Shown piece by piece: positions 62,574 to 64,000 of a stretch of DNA of 64,000 nt (the first letter of the stretch is position 1; each line of letters starts with the position of its first letter). The position numbers and the translations under genes were made by a program. This stretch comes from an uncultured Chloroflexia bacterium (lineage in GTDB: Bacteria > Chloroflexota > Limnocylindria > Limnocylindrales > CSP1-4), in the NCBI GenBank assembly GCA_963712745.1, contig CAVQJC010000006.1, forward strand, positions 256,001 to 320,000. The letters run 5' to 3'. Under the pieces are notes generated by a model. It was not told the DNA's origin and made no database searches. It was given only the letters and a program-made list of their open reading frames with translations.

Positions 62574-63755
62574 TCACCCTGCGGCACCTTCGTCGTCGGC
62601 GGTGGGGGGCAGACCGTCCGGCTCATCGTAGGTCGTGGCCTCCAGTGCCCCGTCGGGACCCACTCGGAAGGTCACCAGCAGGAGCACGATGCCGGAGGCG
62701 ATGACGATGAGCATGAAGGCATAGATCGGGCCCGACCCACCCGACAGGACGAGGCTGAGCACGGCCAGCACGATGGTGAGGGCATAGATGAGGAGCACGG
62801 CCCCCTTGTGCGACAGGCCCAGGTCGAGCAACCGGTGGTGGAAGTGCCCGCGGTCGGGCGTGAAAGGTGAGTGTCCGCTGAGGATGCGCCGGGTGATGAT
62901 CCAGAAAGTGTCGATGATGGGCACGCCCAGGATGAGCAAGGCCACGGCGATCTTGGCCGATCCGAGGATGGCCAGTACCGCCAGCAGGTAGCCCACGACC
63001 ATCACGCCGGTGGTGCCGATGAAGACCCGGGCGGGGTTGAAGTTCCAGGGTAGGTAGCCCAGCAGCGCGCCCGCGAGCACGGCGCAGACGAGCGCGACCA
63101 TGGGCTGATAGGCGGACTGGTAGCCCAGCGAGACGTAGCCCAGCGTCACCGCCGCGACGATGGCCACCCCGGTCGAGAGGCCGTCGAGGCCGTCGATGAA
63201 GTTGATGCTGTTGATCATGCCCACGATCCAGAGTGCTGTGACCAGCCCGGCCCCGATGCCGGCGAAGGTGAGCGTGTCCTCGCCGAAGATGCCGCCGAGG
63301 AAATCGAGCGGGTTGTTGATCTCCAGGATGGTCAGGCCCAGGGCGATGGCGAAGAGGGCCAGCAGCAGCTGGAAGAAGAACTGCCAGCGAGCTCGAATCT
63401 GCCACTTGTCGTCGATGAAGCCAAAGGCGGCTGCCAGCACCGCGCCACCGAAGACCGCCAGCAGTGCACCATCGTCGAGCAGGTAGCGGTCGAGCAACCA
63501 CTGCGGGCCGGAAACGAATAGCCCCAGCTGCCACTGCAGCGCCAGCGCCACGAGCCCGACCAAGACGAAGGCAGCGGCGACTGCCAGGCCGCCCGCTCGG
63601 GGAATCGGCCGTTCGTGGATGCGACGGCCCGAGTCAGGCTCGTCGATGGCCCCGGCGCGCGTGGCCAGGCGCATCGCCAGCGGTGTCAGCAGGTAGGCGA
63701 CGACGGCAGCAGCGGCCCCTACGAGGAGGATCGGCAGCAGCGCCTCGAAGTTCAC
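62574..63755 (-). CDS. MraY/WecA/TagO family (GT4) undecaprenyl-phosphate GlcNAc-1-P transferase
   Basis: [43 protein letters not shown] (WecA/TagO-type loop). Confidence 0.92.
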   Translation of the reverse strand: MNFEALLPILLVGAAAAVVAYLLTPLAMRLATRAGAIDEPDSGRRIHERPIPRAGGLAVAAAFVLVGLVALALQWQLGLFVSGPQWLLDRYLLDDGALLAVFGGAVLAAAFGFIDDKWQIRARWQFFFQLLLALFAIALGLTILEINNPLDFLGGIFGEDTLTFAGIGAGLVTALWIVGMINSINFIDGLDGLSTGVAIVAAVTLGYVSLGYQSAYQPMVALVCAVLAGALLGYLPWNFNPARVFIGTTGVMVVGYLLAVLAILGSAKIAVALLILGVPIIDTFWIITRRILSGHSPFTPDRGHFHHRLLDLGLSHKGAVLLIYALTIVLAVLSLVLSGGSGPIYAFMLIVIASGIVLLLVTFRVGPDGALEATTYDEPDGLPPTADDEGAAG

Positions 63756-64000
63756 GCCACAGAAAGCCCCGCTACGGGGAATCGCGCGCAGATCTCGCGT
63801 ACCTCGGCACGCACCGCTTCAAGGGCACGGGCGTCGTCACGCCCGCGCAGGGTGCGCACGATAAGCTCACCGACCGTGCGCATCTCGGCCGGGCCGAACC
63901 CGCGGGTGGTCGTGGCGGGCGTACCCACGCGGATGCCCGAGGCCTTGTTGGGCGGCAGCGGGTCGAAGGGAATGGCGTTCTTGTTGACGGTGATGCCGAC
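63752..64000 (-). CDS. glyA: Serine hydroxymethyltransferase, 3' end only
   Basis: [13 protein letters not shown]...[15 protein letters not shown]...CARFP; stop at 63752. Confidence 0.93.
   Translation of the reverse strand, partial: VGITVNKNAIPFDPLPPNKASGIRVGTPATTTRGFGPAEMRTVGELIVRTLRGRDDARALEAVRAEVREICARFPVAGLSVA

Overview
High-GC bacterial chromosome segment. Gene content (FMN-riboswitch NitT/TauT riboflavin transporter, GAAC-N4-GTTC SOS boxes, monoderm Tad genes, DegS/DegU-like pair) suggests Chloroflexota, possibly Limnocylindria; this is inference. Left to right: a giant membrane-anchored protein with at least 28 PASTA domains that runs off the left edge and is absent from the ORF track; an HExxH surface protein; a candidate CU-rich sRNA; split FTCD genes; an Fe(III) ABC transporter; a variant FMN riboswitch with a RibXY-type transporter; an SOS/replication block (DUF6504-like gene, dinB, rplI, lexA, dnaB with DnaA boxes); dodecin; then the top finding, a candidate peptide-signalling cassette at 24.5-31.9 kb (MalT/BTAD activator, unannotated 30-43 aa signal-peptide-like ORF, membrane HD-GYP phosphodiesterase, LspA-like DUF5317 domain fused to an MFS exporter). 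After it come a PT-repeat protein, pcm, a GT-C glycosylation cluster, a DegU-like regulator with a degenerate kinase, a sulfotransferase, a partial Tad locus with comF and hpf, mreB, murA, the complete atp operon, a WecA/TagO-type gene and the 3' end of glyA. Many single-base indels at about 26.2-29.1 kb and one at about 32.5 kb look like sequencing errors, although gene decay cannot be excluded. Family assignments come from motif recognition, not database searches.
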